A stretch of DNA of 64,000 nt from Paraspadella gotoi (Eukaryota > Animalia > Chaetognatha): positions 22,712,591 to 22,776,590 of the forward strand of contig CM119265.1 of NCBI GenBank assembly GCA_051294375.1. The letters are read 5' to 3'. The translations under genes and the position numbers were made by a program. Positions 26,501 to 39,946 of the stretch are shown here, in pieces. Below the pieces are notes generated by a model. The model was not told where the DNA came from. It saw only the letters and a list, made by a program, of their open reading frames with translations, and searched no databases. Numbering within the stretch: position 1 is the stretch's first letter; every line of letters begins with the position of its first letter.

Positions 26501-26945
26501 GTCCTCAACTCTAAATGCTGCAATAAGATTAAATGATAAGTTTGGCTTTTCCACGGCCCAGATTAACATCCTCCTCCGCTTTTTCGTCTTTGGCGTCCTT
26601 CTCAACGAGCAACGCCTCTACAATGCCTTCGGCTTCTACGACTCCCGTCCGATCTACATCGGCCTCATCATCATCTTTCAGTTCATCTTCGCTCCTTTCA
26701 ACGAGCTCACTCATTTCGTCCAAACCGTCATCAGTCGCCGATTCGAGTTCCAGGCCGACGAGTTCGCCGTCGGTCTAGGCAAGGGCCAACTGCTCATAAC
26801 GGCGCTGCTCAAGTTACACAAGGACAACTTGTCTTTTCCCGTCGACGACAGTTACTACTCGACCTGGCACTATTCCCATCCGCCCCTGCTAGAGCGATTG
26901 GCCGTCTTAAAGGATCGCATCAAGGCGAAAAAGAAGGCGGAATAA
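14600..26945 (+). CDS. ZMPSTE24: CAAX prenyl protease 1 (Ste24/ZMPSTE24) zinc metalloprotease, with a 10-kb TE-filled last intron
   Basis: Motifs [65 protein letters not shown] (GHELGHW about 16390), [24 protein letters not shown]. Exons approx. 14600-14907, 14992-15460, 15533-15848, 16315-16448, 26563-26945. Confidence 0.96.
16521..16680 (+). mobile_element. 5' end of a DINE-1/HINE-like (Helentron-associated) element
   Basis: A T-run is followed by the short inverted repeat TATCTCGCC...GGCGAGATA, a (GTC)4 microsatellite at 16591-16602, and a DINE-1-like core (CATAGGAAGCTGAAAATTTAG). The 3' end was not located. Confidence 0.5.
16960..17066. repeat. Degenerate ~21-bp tandem repeat (GTGAATGATTATTATCGCTTCA-like), about 5 copies
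   Basis: Visible tandem units immediately left of the DIRS insertion site. Confidence 0.7.
17959..18046 (+). repeat. DIRS internal complementary region (ICR), 88 bp
   Basis: The first half is the reverse complement of the left terminus (17068-17105). The second half is the reverse complement of the right terminus (about 22187-22239). The halves overlap at AAT, the ATT circle junction. Confidence 0.95.
19251..21110 (+). pseudogene. DIRS reverse transcriptase - RNase H - DNA adenine methyltransferase-like ORF, frameshifted
   Basis: RT: [43 protein letters not shown]. RNase H: [31 protein letters not shown]: [29 protein letters not shown]. The motifs are split over several frames. Confidence 0.92.
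21120..22043 (+). pseudogene. DIRS tyrosine recombinase ORF, frameshifted
   Basis: [85 protein letters not shown]. The stop TGA abuts the right ITR. Confidence 0.9.
24760..25510 (+). mobile_element. Degenerate Ty3/Gypsy-like LTR retrotransposon RT/RNase H fragment
   Basis: Broken frames give [16 protein letters not shown] (TACGTCGACGAC about 24979) and RNase H-like [13 protein letters not shown]. The fragment runs into the assembly gap. Confidence 0.65.
25511..25610. other. Assembly gap (100 N)
   Basis: Run of N. Confidence 1.
25611..26478 (+). mobile_element. DINE-1/HINE-like non-autonomous Helentron-type element
   Basis: GGCGAGAT at the gap edge (same as the element at 16521), a (GTCC)n microsatellite at about 25756-25783, two ~145-bp internal tandem units containing TGAAATTTTGTAT(G/T)TGGGTAG, and a 3' hairpin ATTAGACC...GGTCTAAT followed by a T-run. 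Confidence 0.65.
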
Positions 26946-27160
26946 CACTTTAGCTTTCCGACCACACAGATACTCTTACGCTTTTAGTTAGATGATAATG
27001 ATATCTGTTATTTCAAAGTCAGATACAATAGACATTAGACATAGTTGTATCCGTTCCTTTTTTTCATTTATTATTTATCATTTTTTTAGTTTCTTGTCAT
27101 CCCCTCTCCGTTGAATATTTTTTTTTTTACAGTCGCTTTATCTTCTAAACTATCGTCATC

Positions 27161-27832
27161 ATGCCGCGTGGTCGTAGCGGTGGCGGTCGAAGTTGGGGCG
27201 GTGGATCGCGGTCGCCATCCCCTGCTCCGCCCCCACGTGCGGCTCCTCGTGCCGCGCCCCCTCCCCCACCGCCTCCTCCTCAGCCTGCCGCGGCGGCGCC
27301 CAAGTCTCCCGGCCTTTTCGGCCAGATGGCGGCCACTGCGGGCGGCGTCGCCGTCGGTTCCGCAGTCGGTCACGTCATCGGTCACGCGATGACCGGCGGT
27401 GGAAATCAACAACAGGCGCCCGCTCAGGCGCCGCCCGCCGAAGCGCCGGCGCCGCTTTACGCGAGCCCGAACCAACAAATGATGGCAGGTGAGTTTGGTC
27501 GCCTTGTAAAGTTCAGACGACCATGATGATGCTCTTTTTATCTCCCAAATCAGAGAGATATTATGTTTATTATTATTATTTTTATTTTATTTTTTATTAT
27601 TATTTTATTATGTTGTTACTGAAGCAAGGAACCTCGACGCAGTTGACAATCTCTTGAAATTTTTTTCTCAGGTGGAGGAACCCAACCGGCCGGCGGTGGC
27701 TCTTTGGAAAATTCTCCGTGTGCGGATCATTTGAAGCAACTGCTGCTGTGCACTCAGTCTCAGTCTGACATTAGTTATTGTTCCAATATTAGCGAAGCCT
27801 TAAAAGAGTGCAGAGCTTATTACGGCGTGTGA
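27161..27832 (+). CDS. CHCHD2: CHCHD2/CHCHD10-family mitochondrial twin CX9C protein
   Basis: MPRGRS...[31 protein letters not shown]. Exon 2 (27672-27832) encodes [11 protein letters not shown]...[11 protein letters not shown] (twin CX9C). Confidence 0.95.
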
Positions 27833-27999
27833 AAAGACTATTTTGTTCAATCAAAATTGGGGAAATAGTCTTATTAAAAATTACACGGTGCCAATAATAC
27901 AGAGGAACGACGTCGGTAAAGCCGAGCTCGTTTTCTCTGGCAGTGATTTTACAGTCGTTAGTTTATTCCGTATTCGACAGTTAAAATTAAAAAAAAAAA

Positions 28000-30940
28000 A
28001 TGGTTACGTTAGCGTCTAAAACGCTTTTGATGTCGTTGGCCATTCTGCCGTACTTGCTGCAAACTCGAATCCCTTGTGCTCGCGCCGAGTTTTTCTCGGC
28101 CCTGGAGGAAATGAGGAGTTTGCTGGACGCGCAGGAAGTCTTCGCCACGAACCTCGACGATTACGTCAAAAGAGAGGAGGCGAAGATGGAGAAGGTCAAG
28201 GATTTTTTGGAGAAGATGGAGAACCGGTTCGGGGGACCGCAGGTGCGGGGAATGGGGATATCTGATGAGGGAAACGTGCTAAATTCAATTCAATAGTCTT
28301 CTTTATCTTCAGTCGTTTCGTTTAAATTCAGAATTACGTACTAGTTTAGTTTTTTATACTTTTATATTTTTGATTATAACTAATATTTTTGATTAGGCCT
28401 ATAGTTATAGCTTTTGCTCGTTTAAGTTTAAAATTGAATGAACGAGCTAAATTGTTTTCAGGGTCCTGAGATCGATGCAATTTCGTCGATTCGCGCGGAC
28501 TCGACGAGTTTAATCAGAAATCCCCTCAACGCCTTTCTCCTCATCAAGTATCTTTCGAAAGATTGGAAAGACGTTGCGAGTGAGAGTGATCGATCATCAC
28601 CAGAAATTTGTCCCAAGAAAAACCGGATCCATTTTATTAGCCATTTATTTCCTCATGTCAGACACGATGTTTTCGAACGGCGGAGAAGATTTTTTGAAGA
28701 AGTTGAAGAACGAGTCTTTGCACGTTCCCGACTTCGAGGATTACAAGGGAGCCGTCGAAGCCATCATGCGTCTTCAAGAGACGTACAGGATCGACGCCAA
28801 GAGTTTCGCTGACGGCCGACTCGGCGGAATTTCAGTAATTTTGTATTTTTACTCATATTTTTATTTATTTTGCCTTAAAAATAAAATAAGGGATGATTAT
28901 TTAATATGAAAATTTTAATTTTAAGTCAACATCCGGTATGACGGCCGCCGACTGTTTTAATTTCGGGAGGTCCGCGTATTTGGATCATAATTGGGTCCTG
29001 ACGGGTAGGTTTTTGCCCTCCTATAGTTTTTGCCCTCCTATAGTGTTTGCGAACCATATGTACTAAAATTTTGAAACTTGTTTTTGTTAGTGTCCTGGAT
29101 GAGGGAGGCGCTCTCTAGAGAAAAGGCCAAAGCGCAGCCTGAGAAACCTTTCATTTCTGATATTCTCGACCATTTATCTTATGCAACTTCGAAGACGGGA
29201 AATTTTCGTGGTATATCACTTTTACTTTTTACTTTTTACGCGTACTTTTTTATGTCATGCCTTTTATTCAAAAATGCATAGACATGAGAATATAACACTT
29301 TCCCTTTTAGGCGCGTTGAGCTGGGCCGAGGATCTCTACGAAGTCAACCCCGTCCACGAAAGAGTCGAGGGATACTTGACCTACTTTAAAAACGCGCTTC
29401 GCGACCAAGCCGCTAGTCACGGATTTCGCGGTGACCTGGGAGACGAAAGCGTCGCCGTGTGAGTTTTTGACAATTTTGTGATTACTGATTAGCGATTTTG
29501 TTTCAAACCTTAATTTTTTTCCTTGACAGAATTCCAGAAAGCACGGGCATCTTCGACAGAACTTACTGGTATGAACGACGAAATTACCAAGCGCTTTGTC
29601 GCGGGGACAAGGTGAGGATTTTCTGAACGGTTCGAACATCTTAGGATATAACTCGCGTTTAATATTAAGATGACCAAATAATTGGTCAATAATTGATCAA
29701 TTTTAAACTTTAGGCCGCCTTGAAGTTAACCCCGAAGAGGGCGAAGAAACTTTACTGCGAATATTATGACGGAAAAGACCCGCGGCTGCTGATTTCTCCG
29801 AGTTAGTCTTTGCGATGAATTCGATCCATCGATGCAAACCTTTTGTTTTTCATTTATTTCACTTTTTCGCAGTCAAAAAGGAAATCGTTTTCGATCGACC
29901 GCGTCTCGTCGTCTTCCACGACGTCATCAGCGACGCTGAGATCGACGACGTCTTGGGTCATGTGGGCGGAAGGCTTCGTCGTGCCACGGCGAGGAACGCG
30001 CGGTCGGGCCAGTTCGAACCCGCTGATTACAGGATAAGGTGTGGCGGAGATCGAGGATACCAAAAATAATCTTGATTTAAGTAAATTATTTTAATTAAAA
30101 CTATTACAGCAAGTCTGCTTGGCTCCCGCCGTCGACGTCGGTAGCCGTCAAGAGAATTTTCGAGAGGGTGGAAGCGCTAACCAACCTCGACATGGAATTC
30201 TCAGAGGATTTTCAGGCATGGACTTTCATAAATAGCTATTTGCTTGCGAAATTAGCTTTGGTTTTTAGCAACTAGAAAGGAACAGGGCAACAAACTATGG
30301 GTTAGCCCTGGTTAATTTGGTTTGGCAGGTAAACAACTACGGGATTGGCGGCATGTACGATCCTCACTACGATTTTTCCCGCGATCACGAGGAGGCCTAC
30401 AAGACGGCCTTCGGGGAAGAGCGAGGCAATCGTATCGCCACTGTGCTCTTTTATTTGAGGTCCGATATCGTTGCTTTATTAATTTCTATACTTAATATCC
30501 GCAATAATTTATTTCTTCTTATTATTATTTTACAGTGATGTCGAAGAAGGCGGCGCTACTGTTTTTCCAACTGTCGGTGCCGCTGTCAAACCAATCAAGG
30601 GTTCCGCCGTCTTCTGGTCAGTTAATTGATCGCTCGGGCTTGCGATTTAAAAAAGGATTTTTTTCTCTGGACAACTTGTCCTTTTTTTCTCTTTGCCTTA
30701 TTTCACCAACGGGTGTATCCTACAGCCTATCCTATGCTTCTTCTACTCAGAAACCGCGAGAGTTACAAGTCTGTCATTTTTAGGTACAATCTGCTTCCGT
30801 CGGGCGAGGGAGACCTGGAGACGCGCCACGCGGGCTGCCCGGTCCTCGTCGGCTCTAAATGGGTCGCCAATTTTTGGATTCACGAAGGGGGTCAGGCCTT
30901 CCGAAGGCCGTGCCGACAGCGCAGAAACGCCAGGACGTGA
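28000..30940 (+). CDS. P4HA: Prolyl 4-hydroxylase alpha subunit (collagen P4H), about 13 exons
   Basis: Signal peptide then AEFFSALEEM; NPLNAFLLIK; GAVEAIMRLQETY; YRISKSAWL; QVNNYGIGGMYDPHYDF; GNRIATVLFYLSDVEEGGATVF; TRHAGCPVLVGSKWVANFW (Fe ligands H-x-D...H and the 2-OG Lys are present). Confidence 0.95.
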
Positions 30941-31484
30941 CGAGCTTAATCCTTTGGAGAGGCGCATTAACTAGCGTCTGATCTATATACGCATCTGTGT
31001 CGTATTTCCTGGAATAAATTCTCATCGTTAGTGCAATTAACCGAACCGGCCTTACATCAAATTCTAACCGATTATTTTTTGTCGCGTGGCGCAATTTAGC
31101 TCACGTCTTCAAGTATTATACCTTTCTACATTTATGGTTTTATAATTGACTTATGATAGCCATAGACTCCATTGCTGTTTATTTTTACTGTTTAATTCCC
31201 TGGATCGATAAATTCGGTCTAAGTTTTTTGAATGTTTGAATCTTCGTTTTTTTCGATTTGCTTACTCTGCATTATTAAAAAAAATTTCCTTTCACATTAT
31301 GGATCACGATACCGCCCGCTGTGAGATTTGGTGCTACTACTACTGTATGAAATTATCTATGTTCTGTCGTTATTGCCGCTATGTTACAGCTAATAGCTTT
31401 GGATTTTCTTTTTGTCTTCCAGATATCTTCGCATTAATTTTTATACATACAACACTTTCGCTCGGACCATTTTTCATATTAACA

Positions 31485-33515
<2,031 letters not shown>

Positions 33516-33717
33516 ATCAAATGTTTTGGCCGTTTTTTTTTTTTGTTTTTTTTTTGTTTTGCCGATGCAACCATTTCCCCCCCCCCATCTTCCCCCCCAA
33601 TTTCATTCCTCCGCTTTTATAGGTTTTAAGAACAGATTTCACAGATTGTAGTACAGAATTATCCTCTCCAGTTTCAAGAGATTTTCCTTCAGATGTAGTA
33701 ATAAGAACTTCAGTTCA

Positions 33718-33719
<2 letters not shown>

Positions 33720-33765
<46 letters not shown>
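33720..33765. repeat. (TAT)n microsatellite
   Basis: About 15 perfect units in the ILF2-HMGCS spacer. Confidence 0.95.
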
Positions 33766-33766
<1 letters not shown>

Positions 33767-33931
33767 CTCATTTTTTTTTCTTTCGTACAATTTGTTTTGT
33801 ACTAGAGCCCGAATCATTTAATTTGTTTCTTATTTTTGACCTTATTTAGTAAAATAGCTAAACGGATGTAAAAACGAGGAACGGTCAAAACTTGAGCCAT
33901 TTAAAAAAAAAAAAACCTCAAGTGGCTTACT

Positions 33932-36319
33932 ATGCCGTGCAACGGAGTTCGCCCGCCCGAGGCCGGCGGCGACGTGAGCCCCGACGTCGTCCGCCCGCGC
34001 GATGTCGGGCTGCACGCGATGGAGATTTATTTCCCGCCCTATTTCGTTGATCAGGCCGAGTTGGAGCAGTTTGACGGGGTGTCGACGGGGAAGTACACAA
34101 TTGGTGAGACTTGTGAATAGGGGAATAAGTGGGGACTTGGGAAGTGGGAATTGAAGAAAGACGGTTTTCAAAACAACTCCCGCATACTAAGGCCAAGCGT
34201 AAAGAATAAAACAAATAATTTTTTTGGCTTAAAAAAAAAAAAATTAAAAAGCTGTCTTAAATTTGCGTAAGGTTTATTATCTTGTTTATTCTACCCCCTT
34301 CCCATCTAAGGCTTGGGTCAAAAAGCCATGGGATTCACCGGCGACCATGAGGACGTGAACTCGATGAGTCTCACGGTCGTTCACAATCTCCTGGAGAAAC
34401 ATAGCGTGGAAGCGGCGGACATTGGGTGGATGGGAGTCGGGACGGAAACGATTTTAGGCGAGACAACGCGATTTTGTAAAGAATCTTTGAAATTTACTCA
34501 AGTTTTCGATTTTCTCTTTAGACAAGAGTAAATCGACAAAGTCCGTCTTGATGAGCGTCCTCGCCGAATCGGGCAACTCCGATGTCGAGGGAGTCGACTT
34601 CAAGAACGCCTGTTACGGCGGCACCGCCGCCCTCTTTTCCGCCATCGATTGGGTTGAGAGTTCGTCTTGGGACGGACGCTTCGCACTCGTCGTTGCCGCC
34701 GACAACGCCGTCTACGCCAAAGGCGCCGCTCGGCCGACGGGCGGCGCCGGCGCCATCGCCATGCTCGTCGGGCCGAACGCTCCGTTGGCCCTCGAACGTG
34801 GAACGCGCTCGTCCCACGTCGAACACGCCTTCGATTTCTTCAAACCCGATCTTCAGGTGGGGGTTGAGGGGGAATAGAGATTAGGGTGACGGAGGGAGCT
34901 GGCGCAGGATGCTGAAAAATTGTGGAATATTTTTCTGGGAAAGCTCGATAGTTGAATTAAGGATTAAGGGCGCTAATCAGATTGAAATTAGTCGATTTAC
35001 TTGACGCTCAGCCATAAAATTGATTGTTTGTTAATTCGGATAATTGAGAAGAATCGAAAAAAAAGAAGAAAGAAAAATAAAAAGTTAACCAGAAATGATT
35101 AACGATTTTCCCCTCGATTTCCCTTTCAGTCAGAGTATCCGAGCGTGGACGGAAAACTCAGCATACAGTGTTACTTTAACGCCTTGGACACTTGTTATCG
35201 AACCTTCAAACGGAAATTCCGCGCTCGGCAAAAATCCACTTCCAGCGATTGTTGCGAATTCAATCTCGACGCCGCCGACGCCTTCGTCTTTCACACCCCC
35301 TTCTGCAAAATCGTTCAAAAGTCACTGGGCCGATTGGCTCTCAACGATTTTCTGCAAGATTCGGTGATTGCGAGGCACGGTCGTTGAGAGACTCGGTTAT
35401 TAAATAAATATATCTTGCGTGTGAAAACAATGAAATTAAATTTTTCATCTCAGGAATCGTCCGTGAAATCTCGTTATGCCGACTTGGAGCCTTTCCGAGA
35501 TATCAAGTTGGAAGAGTCTTACTTGGACAAAAATCTCGAGAAGGCTTTGCTCAAATCTAGTCGCGAACTGTTCGAACAAAAGACGGAGCCCTCTTTGTTC
35601 TTGGCCAAGCTTGTCGGCAATATGTACACACCCAGGTGGGGCGGTCAACTACTCTTTTTACTTCGTTTTAAGTTTTTTGAATATTAAACAATATTTAAAA
35701 ATCCTACTACGTAGCGTTTACGGTGGACTCGTGTCTTATCTTCTCGACAAAACTCCCACAGAATTGACGAATTGTCGGGTCGTTATGTTCTCTTATGGAT
35801 CAGGTACTTTTTTATAGTTTTCTTGTTTGTTTATTCATCTAATTAATTCCGAGAAAAATTTTGAACTTTTTTCTTCGTTTTTGTTAAGGTCTCGCCTCTT
35901 CTATGTACTCTTTGAAAGTTACTGAAGACGGTTCCGTCGGTACGAATCATCACAAGTTATATTTTTCATTTGTTTACATTTTTGTTTTACATAAAATTTA
36001 ATTGATCCCGAAAGGTTCTCCCCTGGACAAACTGTTGCGAGGTATAAGGGACGTTCCCGAAAAGCTTGACGGACGATTAAAGGTATAGACCACTGGAAAT
36101 GTCATTGAAGGACTTTATTTCTATTCAACTCTTTTCTTTCATTAGATATCACCTTCACGATTCACTGAAATTCTCCAACGACGAGAAGACAATTATCACA
36201 CGGCGCCCTTCACCCCCGAGTCGGCGCCGACGGACTTGGCGCCCGGCGCCTATTATCTCGAGGGGATCGATGCCATGAGGCGTCGACGCTACGCGAGACG
36301 CGCGCCGCTCGTCACATGA
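33932..36319 (+). CDS. HMGCS1: Hydroxymethylglutaryl-CoA synthase (cytosolic type)
   Basis: [32 protein letters not shown], catalytic [58 protein letters not shown]. One GC-AG intron at 34458-34521. Confidence 0.96.
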
Positions 36320-37194
36320 ATCTATAGGAGGATGGTATATCTGTATGAGAATGGTTACCCTGATTATTCATAACATCGGTTAATATAGGTTCAGTGGAGA
36401 ATTAACTTGACTTACTTAGTGGTTTGAAGGCTACTTGACAAGCTTCTTGGTTGGTTTCTTGGTAAGACTAATGAGCTAGAGAGTACGGTTTGCAATGTAT
36501 TCAAGTATAGACCTGTGAAAGGATAGCAATTACATGTTATTATCTTAATGACTGCTAAACCTAAGTGTTGAGCTAGCAAGGATCCTTGTAATCCTAGCTT
36601 TGTAAAGGATAATTCTTTAAGAATATATCTTTCTTACTGAACATAAAAAAATCAGCTGGAATTACAAGAATAATTAAAGTTGTAAACTAGCAATTATGAT
36701 AATTAAATCATTATTTATTTAGCTATTAATTGAACCACAAACAAACATGATGATTTATCAATGTAAAAATATTAATATGGCAATAGAACAAAAATTTATC
36801 AAAACTTAATGAATGCATATGTGATTTAGGAACTCAATCCCATTTGAAATAATCCACAAATTAATCTGCTACAAATCCATTTTCTGTTCTTTGGTTATAG
36901 TTGTTCTTGCTTGGGGTCGGCGCTCCCTATGTTGGATTTCGATCGTCAGATCTAAAAGACTCCATTGCGGAGGTTATTATCTGTGGTGGTGGTTTTGGCA
37001 CGACTTACTGAGACTGGTGTTTTTTATTTTCGAATTCGTTGACTTTTATTGTTGTCTTTTTTTTTTAATTTATAGATGAAACGAATAAAAATGTTACGAA
37101 TATCTAGCTAAACAGAAAATTGATCAAAGGGATAAGATGGAACAAAAACTGGTATCCTGATTTCCTTTAAATCGACCATTTGTCTCCTGTCGTC

Positions 37195-39400
37195 ATGTCA
37201 TTCTTCCGTGATTTTTCGTCGATGACGCCGTCGCGGTCCGCTCCCTCGAAAATCGATGTCGCCCCGCTCTCCGTCGACTCGGCCGTGGACGTGACCACGC
37301 CCAAAAAGGCCTCCTGGCCAGAGAGAAGCCTCTACGCGGGCCAGGACGGCGAGTCTCCGCCATTCTCCTCGCCCGACACTTCCACTCCGCCCATGAGGGA
37401 GGGCGGATCCTTGGAGACTGGCGCGGGTGGTTCGTCGGATGAGAGTCGGTCGAGTCCTTTTCAACGAGAGTCGAGGAACGTCTCGTTCGATGGAATACCC
37501 GACATACCCTCCGCGGTTTTGGAAGGTATTAAATTACATCCTTAAATGGACCCTTGATCTGGTGTTAATTAAATTTGTATTTTTTCTTCTCAGATGACGA
37601 GGATTCGCTCTTCGCTTCCGATAATTATTATTCGAAACCCGAGTATTTCTGCGACGGATCCGCTGAAGAGCTGGAGACTCTTATCGACGATTACAAAGGA
37701 AAGATCCAAGCCATCGTCTCCATCAGCACGAGTGACTCTAGCTCCTCCAGCCGTCGACGCCACTCGGACGCCAGCGTCGCCGCGGCCAAAGCTCTCTGGT
37801 CCGAAAAGAAGCAGGACTTGGTGTCCAAACTCGTTCAGCTTCGAATTCGACAGCAAGATTTGAAGGAGAACCCCAATCTGGAGGATCTGGAGCATCGAAA
37901 AATTTTGGGCCATAAGTTTCGCAGGTTCAAAATCTGGGGTTGTGAATGTGACTTTTTTATATTGATGATGCTTTCGACTTTTTCAGACGAGATCCGTCAA
38001 CTGCGACCCTGGCTAGTTTGATAGAGAAAGGGGAGGAGCCCATTGCCAAGCTGTACTGCGAACAATGTTTGGCGATCATCTGGCGTCTCCTACAGTCGTG
38101 GCAGAGGTTAATTGGCGATTGAGAAGGATCGAGCGAGATTGCTTTGTCTAAATAAACATTAAACTAAACATTAAAAAACAGGTGCGTGTGTTGTGGCTAC
38201 GCGTGCCACACTTCTTGCTTGAATCGCGTAGTTCGCACGTGCGTGGCTTCGCGGCTTCGGCCGGCCACTGACACCGCCGCCATCACAACCTCGTCGTCGT
38301 TGTTCGCTCAACTCGCCTCCATTGTCCTCACCGATATCGCCCCCGAAAAGGGATTGGCAAACCAAAACTACAAGTTAGCGTGATCTATTGATCAATGACT
38401 TCCTGAAAACGCACTAGCGAATCCACTTTTTTCTCGTTAAAATTCAGAAATATATTTTTTCTACTTTTTTTAGGTGCCATGAATGCAAACACCCGATAAA
38501 TTTTGGCTCGTCTGCTTCTGAAGAGCCGCGACTCTGCGACTATTCCGGCCTTTACTTTTGCTATCGATGTCACTGGAACGACGAAATGGTCACACCGGCC
38601 AGAATCCTTCATAACTGGTGGGTTTGGCGGAATAAGTAAATGTTTTTATGGTTTAAATATTTTAGTTTAGTAATTATTAATTTCGTTGTGTTAGGGATTT
38701 CGAACCTCGCCTCGTTTCGCGATCGTCTCGACAGTTCATCCGCCTGGTTTTCGATCGTCCTTTCATAAGGGTCAACGACATTAATCCAATGCTGTTCAGG
38801 TAAGCAGAACTTGAATTAAACATATTACCTTTTATCTATGCAAACTAAGTAACTATTCTCTCCCTCGCATCAGCTTCGTGACAGAGTTAGATCGCGTAAA
38901 GACGATGCGCGAAGAAATCCTGATCATGAAGCGCTACTTCACCACCTGCAAAAAGGCGCTGGAGTCGAAGCTTCTCCTTCGCCTTCGTCACCGCCAACAC
39001 TTCGTCGAGAACTCGGACATGTTCTCCCTTCAGGACCTCGTCGACGTCCACGAAAAGGGGTTGGAGGAGGAGATCGCGGAGATTCACGCCGCCTACACCC
39101 GCCATATCTGCAAAGAGTGCGAGCTCTGCAGAGCCAAGGGTAAAACCTGTTTCCTTTGCCGTTGAAAAGAAACTGGGAAAATGATTTTTTTTAAATTTTG
39201 CCACAGGATTCCTCTGCGAACACTGCCAGAGCGAAGAAGTGATTTTTCCTTTCGGGGTCGACGTGACCGTGTGCCCGCGATGCGCCAACGTCTTTCATCG
39301 CCTCTGTTTCCGGCGAAACGAGGGGGAGTGTCGTCGATGCGACCGAATTGAGGAGAGAAAGAGGAGGCGGTCCACGACCGACCCCGTCGTGGTCGAGTGA
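37195..39400 (+). CDS. DEF8: DEF8 homolog (C1 domain plus Rubicon-homology zinc domain)
   Basis: LVSKLVQLRIR, C1 domain (GHKF...YCEQC..IIW...CVCCGYACHTSC), EKGLANQNYKCHEC, RLCDYSGLYFCYRCHWND..TPARILHNWDF, CELCRAKGFLCEHC. The start codon is approximate. Confidence 0.9.
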
Positions 39401-39946
39401 ACCCGAGGGAGAAAAAAATGGTTTCGCTCACTTGAATAAATTAGTATTTTGCGAAGCGTGGAACAACAATAACGACAACATTCTTGCGTCCACAGAAGCT
39501 AGTAATTTACGTTCGTTTGGGTTATTGCTTGCACCTGTACAGATTCCAAAAAATTTTTCTTGGCAGACGTAGGTACTAATATGTGAGTATTATTTTTTAC
39601 AGTCCTCGCTTTGTCAGTTATTTCTCTTTTTTTTTCGATAAGTGTGAATCTGTACATGTTGATGCGACATTTGTATTTACCGATAATGAGGGGCGTTAGA
39701 CGCATGACCAATGTTATTTATATCCAAATTCTAACTTTTACGTGCCTTTTTATGCTTGATTTACATCGCCTTTTATATCTCACTGAATTGATTTTATTAT
39801 TGTATGTATAATCGCAATTGTCATTGCTTCATATTTTATTTATGAGATGAAAATAAAAACGTTTAAAAATTGTTCGAAACGAAAAGCGGAATTTTTTTAC
39901 ATGACAGTCTGATCGGAACAGAGGAGAAAATGAGAGGTTTTTCGTT

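Noticed and set aside
27520-27625. Possible C/D snoRNA (ATGATGA...CTGA) in the CHCHD2 intron
   Set aside because: There is no terminal stem and the interior is low-complexity TAT sequence.
36320-36620. CpG-poor segment after HMGCS, possibly a TE remnant
   Set aside because: No termini, TSD or convincing protein motif in the frames examined.
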